A stretch of 63,365 nucleotides of DNA, filler included. It is 5 parts of 5 records of this genome, joined end to end, with 100 filler letters (N's around TTAATTAATTAA, not from the genome) between each part and the next. Parts side by side here need not be neighbours in the genome. Positions count along the whole stretch, not along the records: positions 37,296 to 63,365 come from SRR2962707_2439; 4 more parts are not named here. One strand, 5' to 3'. Below, piece by piece: positions 39,258 through 51,025 of this stretch. The notes under the pieces are model-generated. The model was not told the origin of the DNA. It saw only the letters and a list, made by a program, of their open reading frames with translations, and did no database searches. How positions within the stretch are numbered: position 1 is the stretch's first letter; each line of letters opens with the position of its first letter. Made by a program: the position numbers and the translations under genes.

Positions 39258-40460
39258 TCAAAGACCCAGCTGATGCGCCCGGTTAGTAAAGAAGATTCCG
39301 GATGGCTTCCGCGCCGGCAGGGTAGCCACCTCTTCAAGAGTACGGGTGTTATAGACGGTCACCCGATCACTGTCCCGGGAAGAGACCCATACTTCCTCAC
39401 CACGCGGGGTGAATTCCATGTGCAGCACGGACTTGCCCGGCTCCAGGGTGCGAATGATTTCCCGGGTGCGGGAATCAATCACCTGCACCACATCGTTCTT
39501 CGGGTGGGCAAAGCTGACCCAGATCTGGCGGTTGTCCGGACTGGCCATCACAAACACCGGCTGGCCCTGCACCGGAATGCGTTGCACCATGCGCCAGTCT
39601 TCCATCTCCGCCACCAGTACTTCGTGGCGACCGACGGCCGGTACAAAGGCATAACCGTCGGCGATGGCCCAGCCTTCCAGATGCGGCATCTTGTACACAG
39701 GCAGGCGCTGCTCACCCTTGCCGTAATCCGGCAGAATGGTCTGTGCGCCCTGTGCCGGCTCCCACAGATCCACCATCGACAAGCCGTCTTCCCCGAACAG
39801 GCCGGCAATGTAGAAGCGGCCATCGGGAGTGATAAGGGCGTCGTAGGGTTCTTTGCCGGCCTCATGGCGGGATACGCCGGGCGGATTACTGTGCATATCC
39901 ACGGTCCAGATTTCACCGGCCTCGAACAGGCTGAACACAAACCGGTTGCCCGGGGCATCCACCAGGCCCACCGTCTTGGACTGATCCTGCTCGCCCTGGG
40001 CGTTGGTGTAAAACGCCGGAATTTCCGCCACGGTATCCAGGGTCTCACTGTCGAAAATGTTCACGCCGCCGGGCTCGTAATTGGATACCGCCACGTAACG
40101 GCCGTCCTGCGAAATAGCCCCGCCGATGCTGTTACCGGACTGGATCACCCGGTCAGTCACCGTGCGGGTGAGCAGGTCGACTTTGGTGAGCCCGCCATCA
40201 CGACCAAAGACATAACCGTATCGGGCATCTCGCGAGTACACCACTGAGGCGTGAGACAAATCGCCCAGCCCTTCTACCCGGCCCAGGATTTCGTGTTCGG
40301 AGTGGTCAACCACCAATACCGAGCCTGTGGCCCGTTCGATGATCAAACCCAGGTCACCTGTGCCGCGAAGCTCAACAGTCGGAGGTGCCGACAGGGATTG
40401 GCAGCCGGTGGTTACGGTGGCGGCGATGATCAGTGCAATCGGTGCAAACAGACGTTTCAT
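39258..40460 (-). CDS. nirF: Heme d1 biosynthesis protein NirF (lipoprotein, beta-propeller)
   Basis: LRGTGDLG, GDLSHAS, YKMPHLEGW, HMEFTPRG, PSGIFF; lipobox-like TTGC. Confidence 0.93.
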   Translation of the reverse strand: MKRLFAPIALIIAATVTTGCQSLSAPPTVELRGTGDLGLIIERATGSVLVVDHSEHEILGRVEGLGDLSHASVVYSRDARYGYVFGRDGGLTKVDLLTRTVTDRVIQSGNSIGGAISQDGRYVAVSNYEPGGVNIFDSETLDTVAEIPAFYTNAQGEQDQSKTVGLVDAPGNRFVFSLFEAGEIWTVDMHSNPPGVSRHEAGKEPYDALITPDGRFYIAGLFGEDGLSMVDLWEPAQGAQTILPDYGKGEQRLPVYKMPHLEGWAIADGYAFVPAVGRHEVLVAEMEDWRMVQRIPVQGQPVFVMASPDNRQIWVSFAHPKNDVVQVIDSRTREIIRTLEPGKSVLHMEFTPRGEEVWVSSRDSDRVTVYNTRTLEEVATLPARKPSGIFFTNRAHQLGL

Positions 40461-40474
40461 CGTGGGTCCTTCGG

Positions 40475-40840
40475 TTATCGGCTTCGGGAAGAATCGGCTT
40501 CGGGGGCAATCAAGGCGCCGGATTTCAGCTGCCGGCTGATCCAGGCAATTTCCCGGTCGGTCAGCAGGGCTTTCCAGGGCGGCATGGCCGTACCGGGAAC
40601 GCCCTCCCGGATGATGGCCGCAACGGCTGTCTCTGGCAGGGCTTCGATATCCTCAGGCCGTAAGGGCGGGCCCAGGCCACCTTTCAGTTTCAGGCCATGG
40701 CAGGAGCCACAATCCTGAATGACAAAATTGGCCAACTCATCCTCGGTTTCCGGTGCCCCGGCAACAGCGCCTGCCGACAGCATCAGGGCGGTAGCCAATA
40801 CACCCACTTGCCAGCAAACGCCCAGTGCGGACCGTTTCAT
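40475..40840 (-). CDS. nirC: Cytochrome c55X NirC
   Basis: QDCGSCHGL.LKGGLGPPL, GTAMPPW. Confidence 0.9.
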   Translation of the reverse strand: MKRSALGVCWQVGVLATALMLSAGAVAGAPETEDELANFVIQDCGSCHGLKLKGGLGPPLRPEDIEALPETAVAAIIREGVPGTAMPPWKALLTDREIAWISRQLKSGALIAPEADSSRSR

Positions 40841-40894
40841 CAGCGCTCTCCTGAAGGATCACAGCCATGCTGCAATCCCAACAATTTCATGGCC

Positions 40895-40908
40895 TTGATA
40901 TTGATTAA
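40895..40908. promoter_or_regulatory. FNR/DNR box, nirC side
   Basis: TTGAT-ATTG-ATTAA. Confidence 0.7.
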
Positions 40909-40988
40909 ATTTTTGGCAGGTATCCAGTGATCTTTAGGCATACGCCATCTACCACCTGCGAGGTACTCTCTTGAAAACCAGCATCTTT

Positions 40989-41002
40989 CTGACATTAATC
41001 AA
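40989..41002. promoter_or_regulatory. FNR/DNR box, nirS side
   Basis: CTGAC-ATTA-ATCAA ~60 bp upstream of nirS. Confidence 0.7.
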
Positions 41003-41018
41003 GGTTCATAAGCCATAA

Positions 41019-42788
<1,770 letters not shown>

Positions 42789-42816
42789 TCCCGGCCCGGC
42801 CCGGAGGAGCAATCTG

Positions 42817-43281
42817 ATGAGACTGGATGCGGCAGACAGACAAATGATCGACAGTTACCAGCGTAACCTGCCGGTCTGCGAACGCCCCTACGAGGAAATG
42901 GCCCGGGCACTGGGCCTGACCGAGGAGGAGGTTATCCAGAGACTGTCTGCTCTGCAGGAACAGCAGGTGCTCAGCCGGGTCGGACCGGTTTTCGAACACA
43001 GCCAGGCAGGCGCCAGCCTGCTGGCTGCCGTGGCCGCGCCAGAAGAACAGGTGGATCTGGTGGCGGCCCGGATCAACCGTGCCCCGGGCGTAAATCATAA
43101 CTACGCCCGGGAGCACACCTACAACCTCTGGTTCGTGATGACCGCTCCGGATGAAGACACCCTGGAGGAACGGCTGGACGAACTGGAACACCAGTTGAAG
43201 CTGCCAATGCTGAGACTGCCAATGGTCGAGGGTTATCATATCGACCTGGGCTTTGACATCGACTGGGAGGCATTACCATGA
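42817..43281 (+). CDS. nirD: Siroheme decarboxylase subunit NirD
   Basis: Lrp-like fold; VNHNYAREH, NLWFV; RBS GGAGG. Confidence 0.85.
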   Translation: MRLDAADRQMIDSYQRNLPVCERPYEEMARALGLTEEEVIQRLSALQEQQVLSRVGPVFEHSQAGASLLAAVAAPEEQVDLVAARINRAPGVNHNYAREHTYNLWFVMTAPDEDTLEERLDELEHQLKLPMLRLPMVEGYHIDLGFDIDWEALP

Positions 43282-43814
43282 ACCTGCCAGCCACCGGCCC
43301 GAACTACAGCTACCTGTTTGATACCGAATCAATGAGTGCCTGGGGCCTGCTGAGGTTACGCGAGCAGCTGGAAAACGGCCTCCCCCTGACACCTCGCCCC
43401 TATCAGACCCTGGCCGAGCGCACCGGGCTGTCCGAACAACAGGTTATGAACGCTGTCAGCCAGTGGCAGCAGCAGGGCCTGATCAAACGCCTGGGACTGG
43501 TGGTCAAGCATCGCACCCTGGGCTATCGGGCTAACGCCATGGTGGTCTGGAACGTACCGGACGATCGGGTTTCGACGCTCGGCAATGCCATGGCAGCCGC
43601 CGCTTGTGTCACCCTCTGTTACCAGCGCCCAAGACGCCTGCCAGACTGGCCCTACAACCTGTTCTGCATGATTCACGGCGTCAGTCGCGAACGGGTTCTG
43701 AATCAGCTCGCTGGTCTGATTGAGCAACACGAGTTGAGCAATGTGGATCACGCCATCCTGTTCAGCAACAAAGCCTACCTGCAGCGCGGAGGCCGTTATG
43801 TCAGCAATTGCTGA
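43278..43814 (+). CDS. nirL: Siroheme decarboxylase subunit NirL
   Basis: HRTLGYRANAMVVW, LCYQRPRR, WPYNLFCMIHG. Confidence 0.85.
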   Translation: MNLPATGPNYSYLFDTESMSAWGLLRLREQLENGLPLTPRPYQTLAERTGLSEQQVMNAVSQWQQQGLIKRLGLVVKHRTLGYRANAMVVWNVPDDRVSTLGNAMAAAACVTLCYQRPRRLPDWPYNLFCMIHGVSRERVLNQLAGLIEQHELSNVDHAILFSNKAYLQRGGRYVSNC

Positions 43815-44298
43815 GCGTTCAAAGCCATCAGACCACAAGCCTGTACTACCCGAATTCACGCCCCTGGAGCGTGCCATCATCAACCGCCTGCAATACGGCC
43901 TGCCACTTACGCGAACCCCCTACAAAGACGTGGCCGATGAATTGGGCGTATCAGAAGTAACTCTGCTGAAGCACCTCCAGGCATTGCTGGACAACGGGAC
44001 CCTGACTCGTTTTGGCCCCATGTTTCATGCTGGCGAAATGGGCGGCGGCCTGACGCTCGCGGCCATGCGCATTCCGGAAGAAGATTTCGCCAATGTGACC
44101 GAGCAGGTGAACAGCTTCCCCGAGGTAGCCCACAACTACCGCCGCGAGCATGAGTTGAACATGTGGTTTGTTCTGGCCACGGAAACACCGGAAGGCATTG
44201 ACGAAACCATCCAGCGGATTGAGTTACTTACGGGCTACCCGGTCTACAACATGCCCAAGGAGCAGGAGTTCCATGTCCACCTTCACTTTGAAGTCTGA
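43798..44298 (+). CDS. nirG: Siroheme decarboxylase subunit NirG
   Basis: TRFGPMF, VAHNYRREH, NMWFV. Confidence 0.85.
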   Translation: MSAIAERSKPSDHKPVLPEFTPLERAIINRLQYGLPLTRTPYKDVADELGVSEVTLLKHLQALLDNGTLTRFGPMFHAGEMGGGLTLAAMRIPEEDFANVTEQVNSFPEVAHNYRREHELNMWFVLATETPEGIDETIQRIELLTGYPVYNMPKEQEFHVHLHFEV

Positions 44299-44794
44299 CC
44301 CGGTGCTGAGTAACCGGGATCGTGAACTCATCGTTGCCACCCAATCCGGATTACCGCTGGTTTCCGACCCTTGGGCCGAACTGGGAAAACAGCTCGACAT
44401 GCCCGCAGACGAGGTGCTGTCACGTTTTCAACGAATGCAGGAAGCCGGGGTCATCCGGAGAGTCGCGGCGGTACCGGATCACTACAAACTCGGGTACCGG
44501 TTCAATGGCATGACCGTGTGGGATGTCCGGGATGATGCAATCGCCGAACTCGGCGAGAAAGTCGGCTGCCTGCCCTTTGTCAGCCACTGCTACCGCCGAC
44601 CAAGACACCTGCCCTACTGGAGCTTCAACCTCTTTGCCATGGTGCATGGGATCAGCCGCGAGGAAGTCGAGCACAAGGCAGCCCAGATCCGCGAGGTACT
44701 CGGCGACGCCTGCACCGGACACACCATCCTGTACAGTTCCGCCATCCTGAAAAAAACAGGATTACGACTGAAAAAACAAACAGATAAGCAGTAG
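44273..44794 (+). CDS. nirH: Siroheme decarboxylase subunit NirH
   Basis: HYKLGY, NGMTVWD, VSHCYRRPR, ILKKTGLRL; RBS AGGAG. Confidence 0.85.
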   Translation: MSTFTLKSDPVLSNRDRELIVATQSGLPLVSDPWAELGKQLDMPADEVLSRFQRMQEAGVIRRVAAVPDHYKLGYRFNGMTVWDVRDDAIAELGEKVGCLPFVSHCYRRPRHLPYWSFNLFAMVHGISREEVEHKAAQIREVLGDACTGHTILYSSAILKKTGLRLKKQTDKQ

Positions 44795-44807
44795 CACGTA
44801 CCTCCTG

Positions 44808-44836
44808 AAGTACTCCATCAAAGGTATGGATACCCA
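44808..44836. promoter_or_regulatory. Cluster of NarL-like heptamers in the nirH-nirJ gap
   Basis: TACCTCC, TACTCCA, AAAGGTA, TACCCAG (consensus TACYYMT); short motif, weak evidence. Confidence 0.35.
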
Positions 44837-44927
44837 GCGCCCGCAGGGGGATAGTTAGAAGGGCAGAGAGCCGGTAAAGGCCCGCCCGGAGAGGCAAGAA
44901 AGCCACTCCCGATGAGAGAGAAAAACT

Positions 44928-46127
44928 ATGTTTCGCATGACCCGCTACATCAAGAGCCTGATGAACCCGGTACCGGTGCGCCCGGTCCCCAAGCCCAGCG
45001 GCCCGGTGGTAATCTGGAACCTGATCCGCCGTTGCAACCTCACCTGCAAGCACTGCTATTCGATTTCAGCAGACATCGACTTCAAGGGCGAACTCACCAC
45101 CCAGGAAGTCTACAAGGTGATGGACGACCTGAAAGCCTTCGGCGTACCGGTACTCATCCTCTCCGGCGGCGAACCCCTGATGCGACCCGACATCTTTGAT
45201 ATTTCCCACCGGGCTAAAGCTATGGGCTTCTACGTGGGCCTGTCCACCAATGGCACCCTGATTACCGAAGACAACATCAGCAAAATCGCCGAGGTGGGCT
45301 ACGACTACGTAGGCATCAGTATCGACGGCCTGGAAACCACCCACGATGAATTCCGCCAGAAAAAAGGCGCCTTCAAAGAGTCCATGCACGCCGTAGCCCT
45401 GTGCAAGCAAGCCGGCATCAAAGTGGGCCTGCGCTTCACCCTGACCCAGGATAACTACCCGGAACTGCCGGCCATGCTGGAGATGCTGGACGAGCACCAG
45501 ATCGACAAGTTCTACCTGTCGCACCTGAACTACTCCGGCCGGGGCGGCCGCAACAAGAAGCGGGATGCCTGGTACGACATGACCCGCGATGCCATGAACC
45601 TGCTGTTCAACCACTGCCACGACGAACTCAAGCGCGGTATCGAGCGGGAGTACGTCACCGGCAACAACGATGCTGATGGTCCCTTTCTGATTGAGTGGGC
45701 CAAAGAGCATTACCCGGACCAGGTCGACGCCCTCACCCAGCGGCTGACCAACTGGGGCGGCAACTCCTCCGGCGTGAATATCTCCAATATCGACAACCTC
45801 GGCGTGGTGCATCCGGACACCTTCTGGTGGGATCACAACCTGGGCAACGTGCGGGAAACCCCGTTTTCGAAGATCTGGTCGGAAACCACCGATCCGCTGA
45901 TGCAGGGCTTCCGCCAGCATCCGCGCCCGGTAAAAGGGCGCTGCGCAGACTGCATATACCTGAATATCTGCAACGGCAATACCCGGGTACGGGCTTACAA
46001 CGTGTCTGGCGACTTCTGGGAGGAAGATCCGGGCTGCTATCTCACCAACGAGGAAATCGGGGTAGTTGATAACACCCCGCGACGGGTCGCCGCTCCGGTG
46101 ATCGAAATCCCGGTTCACAATCTTTAA
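44928..46127 (+). CDS. nirJ: Heme d1 biosynthesis radical SAM protein NirJ
   Basis: [22 protein letters not shown] cysteines, HPDTFWW. Confidence 0.95.
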   Translation: MFRMTRYIKSLMNPVPVRPVPKPSGPVVIWNLIRRCNLTCKHCYSISADIDFKGELTTQEVYKVMDDLKAFGVPVLILSGGEPLMRPDIFDISHRAKAMGFYVGLSTNGTLITEDNISKIAEVGYDYVGISIDGLETTHDEFRQKKGAFKESMHAVALCKQAGIKVGLRFTLTQDNYPELPAMLEMLDEHQIDKFYLSHLNYSGRGGRNKKRDAWYDMTRDAMNLLFNHCHDELKRGIEREYVTGNNDADGPFLIEWAKEHYPDQVDALTQRLTNWGGNSSGVNISNIDNLGVVHPDTFWWDHNLGNVRETPFSKIWSETTDPLMQGFRQHPRPVKGRCADCIYLNICNGNTRVRAYNVSGDFWEEDPGCYLTNEEIGVVDNTPRRVAAPVIEIPVHNL

Positions 46128-46137
46128 GGAACGCGCC

Positions 46138-46998
46138 ATGACCACAAACCCGCGAAAAAAATGCCTGGTGGAGTTCCAGCTTGCGGAACAACCTCTGCGG
46201 CCGGGAGAAGTTGCTATTGTCGGTGCCGGGCCGGGTGACCCCGGGTTACTCACGCTGCGCGCGCTGATGCTGATTCAGCAGGCCGATGCCGTTGTTTATG
46301 ATCGCCTGGTTTCCCCGCAAATCATGGAACTGGTGAACCCCCGTGCTGAACGCATTCATGTGGGCAAGGCCAGCGGGTGCCACTACGTACCCCAGGAAGA
46401 AACCAACGAACTGCTGGTGCAACTGGCCATGAAACAGCGGCGGGTAGTGCGCCTGAAAGGCGGCGATCCATATATTTTTGGCCGCGGCGGAGAAGAAGCC
46501 GAGTTCCTGGTGGACAATGACATCGATTTCCAGGTGGTGCCCGGCATTACCTCTGCGGCGGGCTGCGCCTCTTACTGCGGCATTCCGCTGACCCACCGGG
46601 ATTATTCCCAGAGCGTGACCTTCGTCACCGGTCACCGTAAGGCTGACCAGACTCTGGAACTCAACTGGCCGGTACTGGCCGCACCAGGGCAGACCCGGGT
46701 GTTCTACATGGGCCTGCACAATGCACCGACCATTGTTCGCGAACTGACGGCCCACGGCCTTTCAGAAAACTGCCCGGTGGCTCTGGTGGAACGCGGCACC
46801 ACACCACTGCAACACATGACGGTCACCACCCTGAAAGACCTGGTAGACACCATTGATCGGGAAGACTTCCAGCCACCCACCTTGATTATTGTGGGCGAGG
46901 TGGTGCAACTGGCGGACAAGCTGGCCCGCCCGGCCCAGGCAGGATGGAACAGCGCCCTGACCGAGCCTGCCGTCACCGCCGGCCAACGGCCCGCCTGA
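46138..46998 (+). CDS. nirE: Uroporphyrinogen-III C-methyltransferase NirE
   Basis: [33 protein letters not shown]; nir context. Confidence 0.9.
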   Translation: MTTNPRKKCLVEFQLAEQPLRPGEVAIVGAGPGDPGLLTLRALMLIQQADAVVYDRLVSPQIMELVNPRAERIHVGKASGCHYVPQEETNELLVQLAMKQRRVVRLKGGDPYIFGRGGEEAEFLVDNDIDFQVVPGITSAAGCASYCGIPLTHRDYSQSVTFVTGHRKADQTLELNWPVLAAPGQTRVFYMGLHNAPTIVRELTAHGLSENCPVALVERGTTPLQHMTVTTLKDLVDTIDREDFQPPTLIIVGEVVQLADKLARPAQAGWNSALTEPAVTAGQRPA

Positions 46999-47036
46999 AC
47001 GCAAAACGTTATCTGACCAACCGGGAGCTGTAGCTG

Positions 47037-48551
47037 GTGAACCTGAACCAAGCCCGAACAAGCCTGAACACCATCCTGCTGATCGCTGGCGCCCTGATCA
47101 CAGGACCGGCCCTGGCCGAACAGGCCAAAAGCCAGAACACAGAGACCCTCTACCTGCAGCAATGCGCGGCCTGCCACGGCCCGGACAGACTCGGTGGTAT
47201 GGGCCCTGCGCTGCTGCCGGAGAACCTGGGCCGGCTGAAAAAAGCCGAGGCCGAGCAGGTCATCCGGGAGGGACGACCGGCCACTCAGATGGCAGGCTAT
47301 AAAACCATCCTCAACGACCAGCAGATCGCGGCCCTGACCGACTTCATCTATCAGCCCCCGAGCCATGAGCTGAAATGGGGTGAGGCGGAAATCCGCAGCA
47401 GCCGGGAAGTCAGCCACCCCCAGGGCTCACTGCCGGATGAGCCGGTGTTTGAGGCGGACCTGATGAACCTGTTCCTGGTCGTAGAAATCGGCGACCACCA
47501 TGTCACCCTGCTCGATGGCGACAAAATGGAGCCCATCCACCGCTTCCCCAGCCGCTTCGCCCTGCACGGCGGCCCCAAATACAGCCCTGACGGCCGTTAT
47601 GTGTACTTTGGCTCCCGGGATGGCTGGATTACCAAATACGATATCTACAACCTGAAAGTGGTGGCCGAAGTTCGCGCCGGCATCAATATGCGCAACATCG
47701 CGGTTTCCGCTGACGGCAACTATGTGCTGGCAGCCAATTACCTGCCCCACTCTATGGTGCTGTTCGATGCCGCCGACCTGGAAATGCTGGATATCATCCC
47801 GGTCGAAAACGATGCTGGTGAAAGCTCCCGGGTAAGTGCCGTCTACGCCGCACCGCCCAGAGACAGCTTTATCGCAGCCCTTAAAGACATCCCCGAAGCC
47901 TGGGAGGTCACCGTCGAAAACCGTGAAGCGAAGGTGCGCCGGATGACCACCGACACCCTGCTGGACGACTTCTTTTTCGACCCCGGATACCAGCACCTGA
48001 TCGGTGCTGCCCGGGATGGCAAACACGGCGTGGTGATCGACCTGGATACCGGCAAAACCACGGCTGAACTACCGCTGCCTGGCATGCCTCACCTCGGATC
48101 CGGCATTACCTGGGAGTATGAGGGCCGCCGGGTCATGGCCACTCCCCACTTCCGGGCCGGCGCCATCTCCATTATCGACATGGACACCTGGGAAGTGATC
48201 AAGACTCTGAAGACCGAAGGCCCGGGATTCTTCATGCGCAGCCACGAGAATTCCCGCTACGCCTGGGCAGATGTGTTCTTCGGCCCCAATGCTGACAAGG
48301 TACATATCATCGACAAGCAGACCCTGGAGATCGTCAAGACGCTTCAGCCGGAGCCAGGCAAGGTAGCCGCTCACGTGGAATTCGACCGCCATGGCGAGAA
48401 GCTGCTGCTGAGCATCTGGGATAATGATGGCGCCATCATTGTCTATGACGCAGACACCCTGGAAGAGGAAAAACGCATTCCGATGAACAAGCCGTCTGGC
48501 AAGTACAACGTCTGGAACAAAATTCATTACGAGGAAGGCACCAGTCACTAG
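47037..48551 (+). CDS. nirN: Dihydro-heme d1 dehydrogenase NirN
   Basis: CAACH cytochrome c domain plus d1 propeller; ALHGGPK, MPHLGSG, PSGKYNV; GTG start. Confidence 0.92.
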   Translation: MNLNQARTSLNTILLIAGALITGPALAEQAKSQNTETLYLQQCAACHGPDRLGGMGPALLPENLGRLKKAEAEQVIREGRPATQMAGYKTILNDQQIAALTDFIYQPPSHELKWGEAEIRSSREVSHPQGSLPDEPVFEADLMNLFLVVEIGDHHVTLLDGDKMEPIHRFPSRFALHGGPKYSPDGRYVYFGSRDGWITKYDIYNLKVVAEVRAGINMRNIAVSADGNYVLAANYLPHSMVLFDAADLEMLDIIPVENDAGESSRVSAVYAAPPRDSFIAALKDIPEAWEVTVENREAKVRRMTTDTLLDDFFFDPGYQHLIGAARDGKHGVVIDLDTGKTTAELPLPGMPHLGSGITWEYEGRRVMATPHFRAGAISIIDMDTWEVIKTLKTEGPGFFMRSHENSRYAWADVFFGPNADKVHIIDKQTLEIVKTLQPEPGKVAAHVEFDRHGEKLLLSIWDNDGAIIVYDADTLEEEKRIPMNKPSGKYNVWNKIHYEEGTSH

Positions 48552-48664
48552 TATCCAGTCTGGCTTTATCGACTGAGTAACACAGGCTTAATGGTTTAAG
48601 TCATTTAGAATGTAGCTTTCATGGTAGGATAATTGACCTAAGCTAATGCAGCCGGGGTCAAGAT

Positions 48665-49378
48665 ATGAACAGCAGTTTCAGGCCGCCCGCGGCCTCCGCA
48701 CCATGCCTGCTGGGTAGCGACAGTGATGATCTGATTCATTACAGTGTCGCACCCGCCGAAGTGGCACTTCTGAATGGCCTGAGCCACGCCTTCGGTATCT
48801 GCCTGAACGAAAATCGGGATAACCCGGAGGCCCGGTTTCTCAATCATCTTGCCAGCCTGTTTAAGCAACAACGGGTAGACCCGGAAACCCCGCTGGAAAA
48901 GCACGACCGCCCCTGGGCCAATGTCTATCTGGTTCAGTACGGCATCCTCCGGTTATTCCGGGAATCCCCGGCCGGCAAGGTCGCCGTCCACCATTTCTTT
49001 TCCGAAGGTGACCTGATCTGGCCCATCTTTGGTCGCAGCCGTACCGTTAGAAACACCTTATGCCTGACCAGCGTTCTACCTGCCACCTTGTGGGTGGCCG
49101 ATTTTGCGGCTTTTCGCTCGGCCATCCAAAGCTACGGCGATGGCCAATGGCACAAGTTTGCCCTGGTACTGACAGAGGAAATCGCAGAGCTGACCAGCAT
49201 GCGGGAGTACCGCAAACACACCATGTCGGCCCGGGAACGGTATCAGCTGCTGCTGGAGGAGTATCCGGAGCTGATCAAGCGGGTGCCAGACAACCAGCTT
49301 GCTTCCTGGCTCGGCGTGGTGCCAGCCACTTTCTCCCGTCTGAAAACCGCCTTTGCCAATCAGGATAAAGCCCCATAA
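48665..49378 (+). CDS. Crp/Fnr family regulator (cNMP-binding domain with short HTH)
   Basis: YLVQYGILRLF, ARERY, LASWLGVVPATFSRLK; no FNR Cys cluster pattern. Confidence 0.75.
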   Translation: MNSSFRPPAASAPCLLGSDSDDLIHYSVAPAEVALLNGLSHAFGICLNENRDNPEARFLNHLASLFKQQRVDPETPLEKHDRPWANVYLVQYGILRLFRESPAGKVAVHHFFSEGDLIWPIFGRSRTVRNTLCLTSVLPATLWVADFAAFRSAIQSYGDGQWHKFALVLTEEIAELTSMREYRKHTMSARERYQLLLEEYPELIKRVPDNQLASWLGVVPATFSRLKTAFANQDKAP

Positions 49379-49405
49379 AAAAAGCGGCGGAACTTCATCC
49401 GCCGC
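49377..49405 (-). terminator. Intrinsic terminator after wrbA
   Basis: GCGGCGGA/TCCGCCGC stem followed by a T run on the minus strand. Confidence 0.8.
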
Positions 49406-49433
49406 CAAAACCTGAGTTAGCTCCCTGGTACAA

Positions 49434-50033
49434 TTATCCGTGCAGCTTGATCGCCAGCTCAGCCACGTGCTTGCCCTGAAAACGGGCAATGGCCAGCTCC
49501 TTTTCGCTTGGCTGCCGGCTGCCGTCACCGCCCGCAATGGTCGAGGCGCCATAGGGCGTACCGCCATTCACTTCTGAAATATCGAAAAACTCCGGTATGC
49601 CGTAACCCAGCGGCACCAACACCATGCCGTGATGAGCAAGAGTGGTCCAGAACGAGGTAATCGTTTGTTCCTGGCCACCGCCGGTGCCGGTAGAAGTGAA
49701 GACACTGCCGACCTTGCCATGCAGTTTGCCCTCAGCCCAAAGGCCGCCGGTCTGGTCCAGGAATGTACGCATCTGGCCCGCCATGTTGCCGAAGCGGGTC
49801 GGGGTACCAAAGATAATAGCGTCGTAGTCCGCCAGTTCCTTCGGGTCCGCCACCGGGGCGCCCTGATCAGCCTTGCCACCGGCATTCAGAAAGGCTTCAT
49901 CGGCCATGGTCTCCGGAACACGCTTAACAACAACATCGGCTCCGTCAACACCGCGAGCGCCTTCGGCCACGGTATTGGCCATGGTCTCAATGTGACCGTA
50001 CATGGAGTAATAAAGAACAAGAACTTTCGCCAT
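49434..50033 (-). CDS. wrbA: NAD(P)H:quinone oxidoreductase WrbA
   Basis: [31 protein letters not shown]. Confidence 0.95.
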   Translation of the reverse strand: MAKVLVLYYSMYGHIETMANTVAEGARGVDGADVVVKRVPETMADEAFLNAGGKADQGAPVADPKELADYDAIIFGTPTRFGNMAGQMRTFLDQTGGLWAEGKLHGKVGSVFTSTGTGGGQEQTITSFWTTLAHHGMVLVPLGYGIPEFFDISEVNGGTPYGASTIAGGDGSRQPSEKELAIARFQGKHVAELAIKLHG

Positions 50034-50240
50034 CGCAACAATCTCCTGTGTATGCATTCAATTGTTCAAAGCCTAACGGCTCTGACCGCAAGACAAAAAC
50101 GGAAGATTTCCGGCAGGTCTTTCAGTTTTTCTGAATGAACTCACAAAATGTTCATGCGCCATAATTTGCGTACACCTGTACGCCTAAATACCCTATACTT
50201 TCGTTGAATCGCAATTCCCCATAAGGCATTTACCAGAATC

Positions 50241-50906
50241 ATGACGCACAGCCACAGCCAGCCAGATTCCGTTCATCACAGGATAGAAGAGTGGATTAAC
50301 AGCGCCACTCATGGCATTGGCGCTCTGTTAAGCGTGGTAGGGACAGTGGCCCTGATTGCCGGCGCCAGCCAACTGGGAGATGTCTGGAAGATTGTCAGCT
50401 TCAGCGTATTCGGCGCCTCACTGATTCTGCTCTATATGGCGTCTGCGCTCTACCATGGAGCCCGTCATCCTCGCCTGAAAACGGCCTTCAAGACTCTCGA
50501 TCACTGCGCCATTTTCCTGCTGATTGCCGGTACCTACACACCCTTTCTGCTGGTCAACATGCGCGGCACCACCGGCTGGACACTGTTTGCCGTCATCTGG
50601 TCCCTGGCCCTGACCGGCGTGGTACTGAAGGTGATCTTCAAAAACCGCTTCAAGCTGGCACGGGTAGGCATCTACATCGCGATGGGCTGGCTGATCACCT
50701 TCGCGTCATCCGACCTGGTGGCCAACCTCAGTGAGACGGCTCTGCAACTGACCATCGCTGGCGGCATTGTCTATACCGCCGGTGTGGCCTTTTACCTCGC
50801 CGATCGCATCCCTTACATGCACGCGGTGTGGCACCTGTTCGTCATTGGCGGTAGTGCCTGCCATTTCAGCGCTATCTATTACGGGGTTCTTCCTCACTCC
50901 GTCTGA
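50241..50906 (+). CDS. Hemolysin III/PAQR (YqfA/TrhA-like) membrane protein
   Basis: NSATHG, SALYH, DHCAIFLLIAGTYTP, HAVWHLFV. Confidence 0.9.
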   Translation: MTHSHSQPDSVHHRIEEWINSATHGIGALLSVVGTVALIAGASQLGDVWKIVSFSVFGASLILLYMASALYHGARHPRLKTAFKTLDHCAIFLLIAGTYTPFLLVNMRGTTGWTLFAVIWSLALTGVVLKVIFKNRFKLARVGIYIAMGWLITFASSDLVANLSETALQLTIAGGIVYTAGVAFYLADRIPYMHAVWHLFVIGGSACHFSAIYYGVLPHSV

Positions 50907-51025
50907 GGGCGTGGCCGTCACGCTCCGTTAGCAAAGCATTGACCACAACCCGCCCAACGTTGACACTCCGCCTCAGTCGACTCATTACTCCGGATGACAT
51001 TGTGGCACGCTCAACACAACCCAAT

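Noticed and set aside
50241-50906. Hemolysin III as a toxin
   Set aside because: A widespread PAQR-type membrane protein; no secretion or virulence context.
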